64,000 bases of DNA from an uncultured bacterium (GCA_900548225.1 URJM01000002.1:4848-68847), one strand, 5' to 3'. Positions 46,090-56,221 are shown, counted from the stretch's first letter. Translations and numbers: made by a program. The notes: generated from the letters alone by a model not told the origin.

Positions 46090-49000
46090 GTGACTCGCCT
46101 TCAAATACTTACAACTATTCTAACGTCGATTCTGATGTGTGCGGCACTCCTCGCCGCGGAAGCATCCCGCATTGATGTGGATTCTTCGGTCGTCGGGCGA
46201 ATCTGGAGCGTGGAGAGTGTCTTCGACGATGGCCGCGCCGCCATAGTGGCATCCCCCGCCGGCAAGGAATCCCGCTTCCGCGGGGGATATGTCGTCGACA
46301 CCTCCTCGGTCACACAGGTCTTTTCGGCGGAGCCGCCAGTCGCACTCTTCAATTTTTCCTGGACTCTCGACCAGGTTGTCGCAGGCCCCGCAAAGACGCT
46401 TTGGGGTGTGAGCGACGACGAGAAGGGGGGCAATGTCAAGGTAAGGACGCTTCACTACTACGCAGGCACCGACGGCCCCTCCACATCCCTTGGAAGCCGG
46501 TTCGACTACGAAAGGCTCCTCGTCTCATCCGATGGCTCCAGGGCATTCGCATACAACTCCCCCTCCGACGGAACCTCCGCCCTCGGAACACTTGACGGCG
46601 ACAGGTTCTCGGCGACAGATGCCGTCGAACTGACAGGCAGCGCCGGGCTCCGCCCAGCGTCCTCAGCCTCGCTCGATACCATTTTCTTCCTAAGCCAGGC
46701 TGCAAACCAAACCCTCGACCTCAATTGCCTCGACGTGGTGAAGGGAGTCGTCACGCGAATCGACAACCTCGGAAACCGGGAGCAACTCGGACTCTACAAC
46801 GGCCACTATCTAAAGGAAGTGAATGCCATCGCCGCATCTTCGGACGGACGGTCGGTCATCTATCCATACGTGGCAGGATCCGAGGGAGTCACAATGCGAC
46901 GCACATTCCTCGACCGCTTCGGTAGGTGGTCCTCTGAAAATCTGCCGCTTGCAGGAGCCCGGGAACCCGCGCTCTCCTCCGACGGGCGGTATGTCGCCTA
47001 CAGGCGCGACTCCGAAATCATGCGATATGACCGCGTCTCCGGAATCATCGCACGACTCTCCCCCGAAGGCGTGGATTGCGCATCCTCGCAGCCCGTGATT
47101 TCACCAAACGGGCGCCATGTCGCATTCCTTGACGCAGAGGGCAATCTCTGGAAGGCGGATTCGGGGCCTTCCATCAACTTCCAGACAGAGGCCATCCGTG
47201 TCCCGAAGAAGACAGAGGAGGGGATGGGGCGCGTCATTGGAATGACGGTCGACGGCGCCTCCGAGTCGACGACAATCACCTGGAGTCCCGTCCCCGCCGA
47301 TACGCAATTCCCAGGCGTCCTTGAGATAGCCGATGTGGAGGAGGGGGAGAATCCCGGAATTCTTCCTGGCGTGGAGTACCCCGTCTCCACTCTTCCCTGG
47401 GTCATACGGACTGACGGGACCGCCGCCGGCCGCTTCCTCCTGCGCTTCACCCTTTCCACTGGCGACCAGAATCTCCTGGAGGTAGTCGTCTCCGACTTCG
47501 ATTCACTCACGGGCTTCCTGCCACCCTCAAACAATGTCTACGCATACCCAGAGGTGCGCTTTACCTCGGACGACACTCTCGAGATGATGACGACCGCGCC
47601 GCTGGATTCCTCGGACTCGGCACTCTCCATAGACTACTACAGGACAACGCTCCCGTCAGGGGAGTTCACAAGGCTGGAAGCCGCAACTGACGATGTGGCG
47701 CACATCCACGGAACCCGAAACGCACGATTCTGGATACGGCAAGGCGATTCGTGCCTCTATCGCGAAAACACAAGAATACTCGGGACGGCGGTCTCCGCGG
47801 CAACCGTCTCCGAAGACGGGCCGATAGCCGCCCTCTCACCCACGGGTGAACTCCTCTTCTATCCAAGGGAGGACTCCCAGCCGCAGACAATCGCACAAGG
47901 GGCGACGACGCCAAGGCTCTCCAGGGATGGACGAACCCTCCTCTGGGTCGAGGAGGGCAAACTCAAGACAATGAGAATCGGAATCGACGAGACGCCTCTC
48001 GTCCTTGCACAGGGCGCCGGCATTGCGGAGGTCTGCGGCATCTCCCAGGACGCCATGAAGATTGTCGCAAAGCGCACTGACGGCAGATTCATCATTGTGA
48101 ACCGTGCGCTCGGAGACTTCGCCGAGGAACTCCCCGTCCCGGCGGGAGCCACATCCGTGGCAATCTCCGACAATGGCCGCCGAATCGTCTACCTGGCGAC
48201 CAATGGCGCCGACTCCCTGGCACGGGTCTATGCCCTGGACGCACAGCCGGGAAGCCTCCCGGTCTGCCTCACTCCCGAAATTGTCCAGCCATGCCGGTAT
48301 CCCGCAATCTCGCCGTCCGGCCGCCGCATTGCATTCAGCACGGTCGCGGATATGCAGGACGAGGGCAGGAGCATCGCGCAAAATGAACACGTCAACCTCT
48401 ATGTCTGGGAGGATACGGCCTGGAGAAACTACTGGCCGAATGTCCTGAATACAACCGCCGCCACAATGCTGGAGGACTCCCCGGAGACGGATTTGCGGAT
48501 ATCGTTCTCAGACCCCGACAACGACGCGCTCGTCGTGAGAGTCGTCAATCCCCCGCTCCACGGCGCCTGCCGTATCGTGCCTCCGGATGCATCCGTCGCC
48601 AAATACAAAATCCTCTATACGCCGGACCCAGATTTCTGCGGTGAGGACTCGATGGTTATAAGTGTCTCAGACGCAGTAGTTTATCCATCTTACACCATTA
48701 GAATACCCGTGACACCCGTCAACGACCCGCCAGTCTGGACGGAGGAGCCGCCACGGGCAATCGAGGCTCCTGCAGTCGCGGTGACGGCATATCCGCTTGC
48801 CGCCCACGACCCGGATACGGGGAACCAGGTCTCCCCCGACCGCCTAGTCTACTCCATCTCCTCCGCGCCCGCCTGGATGGGCGTCTCCGACAATGGCCTG
48901 ACTGGCCTCCTGACTGTCAATCCGCCAATTTCCGCCGCCGGACACAGCTTCCCCGTCACCCTTAATGTCTCCGACGGCACAGTGGACGTGCCCCTTGAAA

Positions 49001-49503
49001 TCCAGGTCACGGTGAAGGACTCCGGAATCCCGCTGGAGATTTCCTCCGCGCTTCTCTTCGGCGACCACCAGGCTCCTGCCGCATCCCCGACTGTGGAAGA
49101 ACGCTACCAGGCCGCCCTGGCAGGATGCTGGAAGAATCTCCGCAAGGGCGAGTGGACGCCCCTCTCGCTGCCCGGAGACGCGTCGGTGACACAGCTCAAG
49201 GCGCTCCTCCAGTCGGAACTCTACGTCCACGAACCCAAGTCAAACTCATTCATCCCCGCAACCGCCGGCATCCTTCCCGCTGGAACGGGATTCTGGGCCG
49301 CACCGTCACCTGACCCCACAGCCCAGCCGACGCTCACCCTCATTCCCAGGGCACCGTCAAACCCACGCCCGCGTTTCCTGGGACCACTCTGGGACGATGC
49401 AGCCCCGTCCTCGCAATTCTACTGCCCCGTCGATGGCGCCTGGCGCCTCGTCAACGCATGGAGCATTGGAATAGGGGTCTTCTCCACGGAGAATGGCGAG
49501 TAG
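46090..49503 (+). CDS. large secreted protein with PD40/TolB-like beta-propeller repeats and cadherin-like/putative-Ig domains
   Basis: GTG start at 46090 gives a good signal peptide TRLQILTTILTSILMCAALLAAEA. Repeated S-[SP]-[DN]G-R-x-[IV]-A-[FY] PD40-type motifs. Later cadherin-like motifs (VTPVNDPPVWTEEP, SFSDPDNDALVV). Confidence 0.75.
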   Translation: MTRLQILTTILTSILMCAALLAAEASRIDVDSSVVGRIWSVESVFDDGRAAIVASPAGKESRFRGGYVVDTSSVTQVFSAEPPVALFNFSWTLDQVVAGPAKTLWGVSDDEKGGNVKVRTLHYYAGTDGPSTSLGSRFDYERLLVSSDGSRAFAYNSPSDGTSALGTLDGDRFSATDAVELTGSAGLRPASSASLDTIFFLSQAANQTLDLNCLDVVKGVVTRIDNLGNREQLGLYNGHYLKEVNAIAASSDGRSVIYPYVAGSEGVTMRRTFLDRFGRWSSENLPLAGAREPALSSDGRYVAYRRDSEIMRYDRVSGIIARLSPEGVDCASSQPVISPNGRHVAFLDAEGNLWKADSGPSINFQTEAIRVPKKTEEGMGRVIGMTVDGASESTTITWSPVPADTQFPGVLEIADVEEGENPGILPGVEYPVSTLPWVIRTDGTAAGRFLLRFTLSTGDQNLLEVVVSDFDSLTGFLPPSNNVYAYPEVRFTSDDTLEMMTTAPLDSSDSALSIDYYRTTLPSGEFTRLEAATDDVAHIHGTRNARFWIRQGDSCLYRENTRILGTAVSAATVSEDGPIAALSPTGELLFYPREDSQPQTIAQGATTPRLSRDGRTLLWVEEGKLKTMRIGIDETPLVLAQGAGIAEVCGISQDAMKIVAKRTDGRFIIVNRALGDFAEELPVPAGATSVAISDNGRRIVYLATNGADSLARVYALDAQPGSLPVCLTPEIVQPCRYPAISPSGRRIAFSTVADMQDEGRSIAQNEHVNLYVWEDTAWRNYWPNVLNTTAATMLEDSPETDLRISFSDPDNDALVVRVVNPPLHGACRIVPPDASVAKYKILYTPDPDFCGEDSMVISVSDAVVYPSYTIRIPVTPVNDPPVWTEEPPRAIEAPAVAVTAYPLAAHDPDTGNQVSPDRLVYSISSAPAWMGVSDNGLTGLLTVNPPISAAGHSFPVTLNVSDGTVDVPLEIQVTVKDSGIPLEISSALLFGDHQAPAASPTVEERYQAALAGCWKNLRKGEWTPLSLPGDASVTQLKALLQSELYVHEPKSNSFIPATAGILPAGTGFWAAPSPDPTAQPTLTLIPRAPSNPRPRFLGPLWDDAAPSSQFYCPVDGAWRLVNAWSIGIGVFSTENGE

Positions 49504-49590
49504 AAGGGGCGTGCTTCGCTCCGCGGCGGGACAGTGGATGCCCCCGGCCAGGCGCAGATGGTTTGAGATTTCACATTTCCAGAAAGAGCC

Positions 49591-50259
49591 GTGTTTTGCA
49601 TAGTCGTTCCATGTTACAAGGAGGACCCTGAGGTCGTCAAGAGGACGGTCGCCCCGCTGCTGGAGAAGGGCTACCGGGTCGTATTGGTCGACGACGGATC
49701 CCCCGACCCCCTGTCCTTGCCGGGAGTGCCCGTGACAATCCTGCGACATCCAATCAACCGAGGACAGGGGGCGGCCTTGCAGACAGGGGCGGACTACGCG
49801 CTGGCACAGGGCGCGGAGGCAATCGTCCACTTCGACGCCGACGGACAGCATGACCCGGCGGCAATCCCCGTCGCCCTGGATGTAATCAGGCGGGGGGAGG
49901 CGGACATCGTCCTGGGGTCGCGTTTTCTGCGCCAGGAGGACATTGCCGCCGTGCCGGGGAGCCGCCGCCGCACCCTGCGTCTCGCGCGGATTGTGAACGG
50001 ACTCCTTACAGGCGTCTGGCTGACGGACGCGCACAATGGCTTCCGCGCCCTTTCGCGCAAGGCGATGGAGTCTATCCGGCTTCAGGAGGACCGCATGGCC
50101 CATGCAAGCGAAATCCTCATTCTCATGAAGAAGGCGGGATTGCGCTGGAAGGAGATTCCCGTCCATGTCAACTACACCGAATACTCCGTTGCGAAGGGGC
50201 AGCGTCTTGGCGCCGCCCTGGAAATCCTTTCGGATCTGCTGCTTGGCAAGATGAGATAG
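49591..50259 (+). CDS. family-2 glycosyltransferase (dolichyl-phosphate hexosyltransferase-like)
   Basis: GTG start. N-terminus IVVPCYKEDPE, VDDGSPD and a DxD-type region typical of GT2. Confidence 0.8.
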   Translation: MFCIVVPCYKEDPEVVKRTVAPLLEKGYRVVLVDDGSPDPLSLPGVPVTILRHPINRGQGAALQTGADYALAQGAEAIVHFDADGQHDPAAIPVALDVIRRGEADIVLGSRFLRQEDIAAVPGSRRRTLRLARIVNGLLTGVWLTDAHNGFRALSRKAMESIRLQEDRMAHASEILILMKKAGLRWKEIPVHVNYTEYSVAKGQRLGAALEILSDLLLGKMR

Positions 50260-50283
50260 CGGGGTGTGTTTGCCGAGGCCGTC

Positions 50284-50886
50284 ATGGATTACGAATTGCA
50301 GTCAACCTCCTTTGTCGCAATCGACTTTGAGACCACCGGCGGAGTCGCCGGCTATTTGAGCGTGCCCTGGCAGATTGGGGTGGTTTCGGTGCGCAATGGC
50401 CGCGTGGATCTTGCCGAGTCCTTCAACTCCTACCTGCGGGTTCCAAGGGAACAGCCCTTCAATCCATACACTCCGGGCCGTTGGGGGCAGTTGCGGGATG
50501 TCCTGGACGAATCCCCGACCATTCAGGAACTCTGGCCGACCCTGCGGCAATATCTGCAAGGACGCCCGCTGGTCGCACACAATGTTCCCACGGAACGGGG
50601 AGTCCTCTCCCGGGAGTTTCCCTTCCAGGAGTTTGGGCCCTGGATAGACACCCTGGCGCTTGCCCGCAGGGCGTATCCTGCCCAGCGTGACTTCAAGCTC
50701 GAGAATCTTATCCCGAATCTCGGAATGCAGCCGCTCCTGGAATCCCGGTGCCCCGGGCTGGCGGCGCATGACGCATTCTACGACGCGGTCGCATGCGCCA
50801 CGCTGCTGGAGTCGCTGCTCAACGCGCCAGGATGGAACTCACTTGCCCTTGAACAACTTGTACAACTCTCCCACCGACATGGCTGA
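50284..50886 (+). CDS. DEDDh 3'-5' exonuclease (DnaQ/epsilon-like)
   Basis: Exo I AIDFETTG. Exo III HDAFYDAVA. Exo II is atypical (AHNVPTERG). Could start at GTG 50266 instead. Confidence 0.7.
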   Translation: MDYELQSTSFVAIDFETTGGVAGYLSVPWQIGVVSVRNGRVDLAESFNSYLRVPREQPFNPYTPGRWGQLRDVLDESPTIQELWPTLRQYLQGRPLVAHNVPTERGVLSREFPFQEFGPWIDTLALARRAYPAQRDFKLENLIPNLGMQPLLESRCPGLAAHDAFYDAVACATLLESLLNAPGWNSLALEQLVQLSHRHG

Positions 50887-52342
50887 TACACACGCCATCC
50901 ATTTTTCGACGGACTTCCCATCCGCCCCCGCAAAGGTCTTTCTCGTTGGCATCGGCGGCATCGGCATGAGCGGCCTGGCGCAATTCCTGAAGCACCAGGG
51001 ATACGAGGTGGCCGGAAGTGACCGGGGGCTTCTGGATTCCTCCCGGCAGGGGCTCTTCAATGCACTCCGCGCCGCAGGAATCACACTCTATCCACAGGAC
51101 GGGTCGGGGCCGGTGGAGTTCCGCCCCGACGCATTCGTCTTCACGACGGCCATCGAGCCAGGCAACCCCGACCAGCTTGCCGCCCCCGGAACCCCCGTCT
51201 TCCACCGGGCATTCGTCCTCTCACATCTTTGCACCAAGTGCGGAGGCCGACTCATCGGCGTGGCGGGAACCTGCGGCAAGACCTCCGTCACTGGCTGGAT
51301 TGGCTCCGCCCTCAATGCACTCGGACGCCGAATCGTCCTGGTGGACGGCGGCTACCTGCCGGAATTCGAATCTTCCGCCCGGCCGGGAAACTTCTTCGCC
51401 TCCAGCCAGGACGCGCCGCCGGAGTTCGTCGTCGTGGAAATTGACGAAAGCGACCACTCCATCAACGGCTTTTCCCCGGACTACGGAGTCGTCCTGAATG
51501 TCGGCGACGACCATTACGGGACGGAGGAGCTCATCCGCGTCTTCAGGAGTTTTCTCTCCCGTTGCAGGTCGGGTGCGGCCTATCCTTCGGACGTCCCCCA
51601 GCTTGCCGTCGAGGAGCCGTCGGGCCGGGTCGCTCCATACGACTGCTCCGCCCGGGGCTATGCCCCGATGCGCGACGGCATGCGCTTTGTCTCCTCCGAC
51701 GGCATCCAGATACTCAGCACCCAGTCTGGCCTCCACAACGCCTGGAATGGCGAGGCCACCTACCGCATATTGCGTCTCGCGCTTCCCGGCGAATCCCCGG
51801 AGCGCATTGCGGAGGCGATGTCGCGTTTCCGCGGCGTCCTCCAGCGTTTCGAACTCCTCTCCGCCCCGTCTTCGCCTGTTGCAGTCGTGAATGACTACGC
51901 GCACAATCCGGAGAAGATTGCGGCATCCATCCAATGCGCACGGGAGCGCTTCGGCTCCCCCCTGGGAATCGTCTTCCAGCCCCATGGCTTCGGCGCGCTG
52001 CGCTTCATGGAGGAGGCGCTGGCAGAACACCTGCGCAGGAGCCTGGAACCAGGAGACCTCTTCATGATGCTGCCAGTCTACTACGCAGGTGGAACGGTCA
52101 CATTCTCGCCAACCTCGGAGGAGGTCGCGGGGCGCTTCGCCGAATCCGGCGTGGAGGCGGTTGCAGTCCCCTCCCGCAGGGAGGCCGCGCAGAGACTCGC
52201 CAATGGCGACTACAAGGCGTGGCTCGTCCTCGGCGCAAGGGATGCCTCCCTCAGGGAGTGGACGATTCAGCTGGCAGCCGCCAGCCAGCCTCCCGCGGCA
52301 GGGCAGGGCGCATCCGCCCGGGAGATTTCGGGTTTATCTTAA
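50879..52342 (+). CDS. Mur ligase family protein (MurC/Mpl-like)
   Basis: N-terminal Rossmann motif VFLVGIGGIGMSGLAQFL and P-loop GTCGKTSVTGWI. Internal ATG at 50879 overlaps the exonuclease gene end by 8 nt. The track ORF begins 219 nt earlier with no support. Confidence 0.75.
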   Translation: MADTHAIHFSTDFPSAPAKVFLVGIGGIGMSGLAQFLKHQGYEVAGSDRGLLDSSRQGLFNALRAAGITLYPQDGSGPVEFRPDAFVFTTAIEPGNPDQLAAPGTPVFHRAFVLSHLCTKCGGRLIGVAGTCGKTSVTGWIGSALNALGRRIVLVDGGYLPEFESSARPGNFFASSQDAPPEFVVVEIDESDHSINGFSPDYGVVLNVGDDHYGTEELIRVFRSFLSRCRSGAAYPSDVPQLAVEEPSGRVAPYDCSARGYAPMRDGMRFVSSDGIQILSTQSGLHNAWNGEATYRILRLALPGESPERIAEAMSRFRGVLQRFELLSAPSSPVAVVNDYAHNPEKIAASIQCARERFGSPLGIVFQPHGFGALRFMEEALAEHLRRSLEPGDLFMMLPVYYAGGTVTFSPTSEEVAGRFAESGVEAVAVPSRREAAQRLANGDYKAWLVLGARDASLREWTIQLAAASQPPAAGQGASAREISGLS

Positions 52343-52373
52343 GGCACAACTCCCACGACACTCAACTCCCCAG

Positions 52374-53063
52374 ATGTCCCTCATAAAAGAACCATCCCGT
52401 CAATCCCGCAAAATCCCCGTCGTCGGGATTGCGTGCCTGCTTGGCATGGTGCTTCTTGTGGGCGGGTTCCTCTGGGTCGCACTGGGCGGCGCCTCCGCCT
52501 TCAGCGTCGAGGAGCGCGTGAATCTCACCTGGGCAATCCTGAAGAAGGAGAATCTCAGCTTTCTGACGACCCAAAGGCAGGAGTGGCAGGCGAGAATCGG
52601 CTCCACCCGCGCCGCCTGGTATGGAATCGAGGAGTCGCAGGGCTCCATCATGGCGGATGTCTTCTACGGGTTCGACATGGATGCACTAACGGAGGAGGAT
52701 GTCACGGTGGAGGAGGACGGGACTGTCGTCATCAACTTCCCCGCGCCAAAAATCCTCACCCTGTCCCTGAGGCCGGAAACATACGAGTCCGTCACCAAGC
52801 GCACCGGACTCATGAAGTTCAAGGGCATCATCGATGACGAGGATGAACAGGTGCAGCAACGGCTGGCATCCCTTAAGCGGGAGGTGCTTATGGACATGCT
52901 GCAACACCAAAGCCTCGATTTCAAGGAGATGGAAGAGGGAATCATTCGTTTCCTGGATCCGCTCTTCCAGAAAATGGGAGTCCCATACCGCATAGAATTC
53001 CAGGACAACTCCCCCAACAAGGCCATCATCGATTACCTTAAAACGCAGGGAAGTATATCGTAA
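52374..53063 (+). CDS. hypothetical membrane-anchored protein (DUF4230-like?)
   Basis: Internal ATG. One N-terminal TM helix (VVGIACLLGMVLLVGGFLWVAL). The family call is a guess. Confidence 0.45.
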   Translation: MSLIKEPSRQSRKIPVVGIACLLGMVLLVGGFLWVALGGASAFSVEERVNLTWAILKKENLSFLTTQRQEWQARIGSTRAAWYGIEESQGSIMADVFYGFDMDALTEEDVTVEEDGTVVINFPAPKILTLSLRPETYESVTKRTGLMKFKGIIDDEDEQVQQRLASLKREVLMDMLQHQSLDFKEMEEGIIRFLDPLFQKMGVPYRIEFQDNSPNKAIIDYLKTQGSIS

Positions 53064-53181
53064 GTTGTTGAAAATAAGGATGTTATGTTACAGAGGCGGG
53101 GCGAGCGCGCAACTTTTCGCCAATCATTCGCGCGATTCCTTGCAATTTTTCGCAAAACCGATATGTTAAGGCGTTTTCCGT

Positions 53182-53257
53182 GCCGGGCTAGCTCAGTTGG
53201 TAGAGCAGTGGAATCATAATCCACGTGTCATAGGTCCGAGTCCTATGCCCGGTACCA
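53182..53257 (+). tRNA. tRNA with CAU anticodon (elongator Met, or Ile2 read via lysidine)
   Basis: GCCGGGC acceptor with a G1-U72 wobble, TAGCTCAGTTGGTAGAGC D-arm, anticodon loop ATCATAA, T-loop TCCGAGT (C55 again), encoded CCA. Confidence 0.85.
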
Positions 53258-53290
53258 AACATTTTCCCAAAAACCTCCGTTGTTGTTTGA

Positions 53291-53331
53291 CCACCGTCTG
53301 CACCAAAAATGCAGCACGGTGGTTTTTTTAT
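53291..53331 (+). terminator. rho-independent terminator after the tRNA (stem ccaccgtctgca/tgcagcacggtgg plus T8)
   Basis: Read directly. Confidence 0.6.
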
Positions 53332-53491
53332 GCCCTCGCGTCGCCGCAGGGGCGAAGGCCGGGCCACTTGCAACGCCTTGTCTATCCATTCGGGTTATTG
53401 GAGAGACGATAAAGTACGCGGTATGCGTCCTTCCGTGCGCAGTATTTAGCGTTTTCACCCTGTCGCGCCCTTGTCGCCTTTCATTTTGCCA

Positions 53492-54322
53492 ATGCCCATA
53501 TTCGACGTCCATAGCCATGTATTTCCCGACAAGGTCCACCATCGCGCGATAGACGTGCTGGTCGAGAACTCCCACGGTCTTCCGGCATTTACCGACGGCA
53601 GCCTGGTCGACCAGGAGCGTCGTGCCTTCGAGACTGGATACGATGGCTGGCTGAACTGCCCGGTTGTCACCAGCGAGAAGCAGATGCGCCATGTCAACGA
53701 ATGGGTTGCCTCCTGGAACCGCTGGCCACATCTTTCCCTGGCTGGGCTCTATCCCAACGCCCCGATGGACGAATTGCTCGGGGAGTGCGACAGGATTGCG
53801 GGGATGGGGCTTCTCGGAGTCAAGTTCCACCCGGAATACCAGCAGTTCGGCATCCTGGAGGAGCGTCTGAATCCCCTTTGGGACAAGCTGGAGTCGCTGA
53901 AGCTCCCCGCGCTCTTCCATGCGGGAAGCGACATTGGATTCATGGGACAGGCCCCGCATTCCCGGCCAGCCGACTTCGCCCTCCTCGCGGAACGCCACCC
54001 CGGACTCACGATCATCTGCGCACACCTGGGCGGCTGGCGCAACTGGGACGAGGTGGAGAGCGACCTGGCGGGAGCGCCGGTCTATCTCGACACATCCTTC
54101 TCAAAGTGCTGGATGACAGACCAGGAGCAATTCGAGAGAATCATTCGAAAACACGGTGTCTCAAAGGTCCTCTTCGGGACGGATTCCCCCTGGTCGCCAT
54201 TGGACTGCGCACTCCGTGAAATCGAGGAGACAGGGCTCACGGACGAGGAGAAGGCCGCCATCTTCTACGGCAATGCGGCGGGAATCTTCCCGCTGCCCGG
54301 ATTTGCGGAGACCACCGGCTGA
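53492..54322 (+). CDS. amidohydrolase-2 family TIM-barrel hydrolase (paralog of 19065-19871)
   Basis: Internal ATG (MPIFDVHSHVF...); the track start is TTG. Same HxH...H...D architecture as the 19065 gene but highly diverged. Confidence 0.75.
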   Translation: MPIFDVHSHVFPDKVHHRAIDVLVENSHGLPAFTDGSLVDQERRAFETGYDGWLNCPVVTSEKQMRHVNEWVASWNRWPHLSLAGLYPNAPMDELLGECDRIAGMGLLGVKFHPEYQQFGILEERLNPLWDKLESLKLPALFHAGSDIGFMGQAPHSRPADFALLAERHPGLTIICAHLGGWRNWDEVESDLAGAPVYLDTSFSKCWMTDQEQFERIIRKHGVSKVLFGTDSPWSPLDCALREIEETGLTDEEKAAIFYGNAAGIFPLPGFAETTG

Positions 54323-54822
54323 TGCCCGCGCCCCGTGGAAAATACGAGTTGCTCGCCCTCTCCGACGAGGAGCTCATGAAGGAGTGCCGCTTCGATGCCA
54401 TGAGGGGGACTGGCCCCGGCGGGCAGAAGCGCAACAAGACCTCCTCCGCCGCCAGGGTCACCCATCTCGAAAGCGGGTTGAGCGCATTCGACGATGTCAC
54501 ACGCTCCCAGCACCAGAATCTCAAGCACGCACTGGACAAGCTGCGGGGCGAAATCGCCGTGAATCTTCTTCCCGGAGAGGGAGAGCCCACCCCAGGCATC
54601 CCCATCGCCCCGGTTCCCAAGCCAAATTCAAGGAACTACTTCCTCTGGCTCGGCAGAATCTTCGACGCACTCCTCGCCACGGATTTCCAAATGCCGGAGG
54701 CCGCCGCAAGATTCGAGTGCTCCCCGTCGCACTTGATTAGAATCGTGGCAAAAGACGAATTTGCGTGGCAAAAACTCGCCGAAGCCAGGCAGCGACGCAA
54801 AATGACACCGCTGAGAAAATAA
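54322..54822 (+). CDS. ArfB-like peptidyl-tRNA hydrolase (class-I release-factor GGQ domain)
   Basis: GGQ motif RGTGPGGQKRNKTSSAARVTHL. ATGA start/stop overlap with the upstream amidohydrolase. It is longer (166 aa) than typical ArfB (about 140 aa). Confidence 0.7.
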   Translation: MPAPRGKYELLALSDEELMKECRFDAMRGTGPGGQKRNKTSSAARVTHLESGLSAFDDVTRSQHQNLKHALDKLRGEIAVNLLPGEGEPTPGIPIAPVPKPNSRNYFLWLGRIFDALLATDFQMPEAAARFECSPSHLIRIVAKDEFAWQKLAEARQRRKMTPLRK

Positions 54823-54859
54823 GGGCAGGCCATCTTCACCCATAACCAGGTAGAGAAAA

Positions 54860-56131
54860 ATGATAGAACTAGCAAAACGTGCGAAAGCCGCCTCCACGCC
54901 ACTTTCCGACACTTCTGTCGAGCTCCGCAACCGTGCTCTGCTGGCGATGGCCGAGGCGTTGCGTGTGCATTCCGCCGAGATAGGAGAGGCCAACGGGCGG
55001 GACCTTGAGGCGTCCCGGGATTTAGGGGATGCGTTGCAAAAGCGCCTTGTCTTCGACGAGAAGAAGCTGCGCGGGGTCGTGGATGGCCTGGAGGCCCTGG
55101 CATCGCTGCCGGACCCCCTGGGACGGGTGCTGACCCGCACCGGGTTGGCGGAAGGACTGCACCTGCGCCGCGTCACCTGCCCGATTGGCGTGATAGGCAT
55201 CATCTTCGAAGCCCGGCCTGACGCGCTTGTCCAGATCTCCTCCCTCTGTCTCAAGAGCGGCAACGCGGTATTGCTGAAGGGCGGCAAGGAGGCGCTTCAC
55301 ACCAACCGGATTCTGGCGGAGGTCATCAGGAACGCCACGGAGGCCGTGGGGCTTCCAGGCGACTGGATACAGCTTCTCGAGACCCGCGAGGAGGTGAATG
55401 GCATGCTGAGGCTCAACGAGTACATCGACTTGATCGTGCCGCGAGGCTCCAACTCCTTTGTGAAGTACATCATGGAGAACACGACCATTCCCGTGCTGGG
55501 GCACTCCGCAGGGCTCTGCCACCTCTTCCTGGATGCGTCGGCCAATCTTGAGAAGGCGGTCGCGATCGCCGTCGACGCCAAGACCCAGGCGCCCGCCACT
55601 TGCAACACTGTCGAGACCCTGCTCGTCCACAAGGACGCCGCATCCAGGCTGCTGCCCGCAGTCTGCGATGCACTCCGAAACGCAGGAGTCGAACTCAGGG
55701 GCGACGAAATGAGCAGGTCCATCGTCACATGGATGAAGCCGGCGACGGAGGAGGACTGGTCCACGGAGTATCTGGCGCTGATTCTGTCAGTGAAAGTCGT
55801 GGACGACCTGGCCGCCGCAATCGCGCACATCAACCGTTTCGGCTCCCATCACACCGATGCAATCGTCACCGAAGACGCCGCCGCCGCGGAGCTCTTCCAG
55901 AGGCGTGTCGATTCGGCGGATGTCTTCTGGAATGCGTCCACGAGATTTGCGGACGGCTACCGTTTTGGCCTTGGCGCGGAGGTCGGCATCTCCACGTCGA
56001 AGATTCACGCCCGTGGGCCTGTGGGGCTCGAAGGCCTCACCATCTACAAGTGGCTGCTTTCGGGGCAGGGGGACGCGGTGGCGCCGTTTGCGGATGGCCG
56101 CCGCGCCTTCACACATCGCCAGGAGGGCTGA
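54860..56131 (+). CDS. proA: glutamate-5-semialdehyde dehydrogenase
   Basis: ProA-length aldehyde-dehydrogenase-fold protein with the characteristic N-terminal region. Confidence 0.9.
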   Translation: MIELAKRAKAASTPLSDTSVELRNRALLAMAEALRVHSAEIGEANGRDLEASRDLGDALQKRLVFDEKKLRGVVDGLEALASLPDPLGRVLTRTGLAEGLHLRRVTCPIGVIGIIFEARPDALVQISSLCLKSGNAVLLKGGKEALHTNRILAEVIRNATEAVGLPGDWIQLLETREEVNGMLRLNEYIDLIVPRGSNSFVKYIMENTTIPVLGHSAGLCHLFLDASANLEKAVAIAVDAKTQAPATCNTVETLLVHKDAASRLLPAVCDALRNAGVELRGDEMSRSIVTWMKPATEEDWSTEYLALILSVKVVDDLAAAIAHINRFGSHHTDAIVTEDAAAAELFQRRVDSADVFWNASTRFADGYRFGLGAEVGISTSKIHARGPVGLEGLTIYKWLLSGQGDAVAPFADGRRAFTHRQEG

Positions 56132-56221
56132 AAGGTCCCCAGTCGCCGGGCAGTTTTCCCGCCACGCAATACATTTGGCACTTTCCCGCGCAACCTCCAT
56201 AACCATACTGCTTTCCAAGTC

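Noticed and set aside
53064-53181. Integrase/att site next to tRNA-Met (tRNA genes are integration hotspots)
   Set aside because: No integrase, no repeat of the tRNA 3' end downstream. Flanked by ordinary housekeeping genes.
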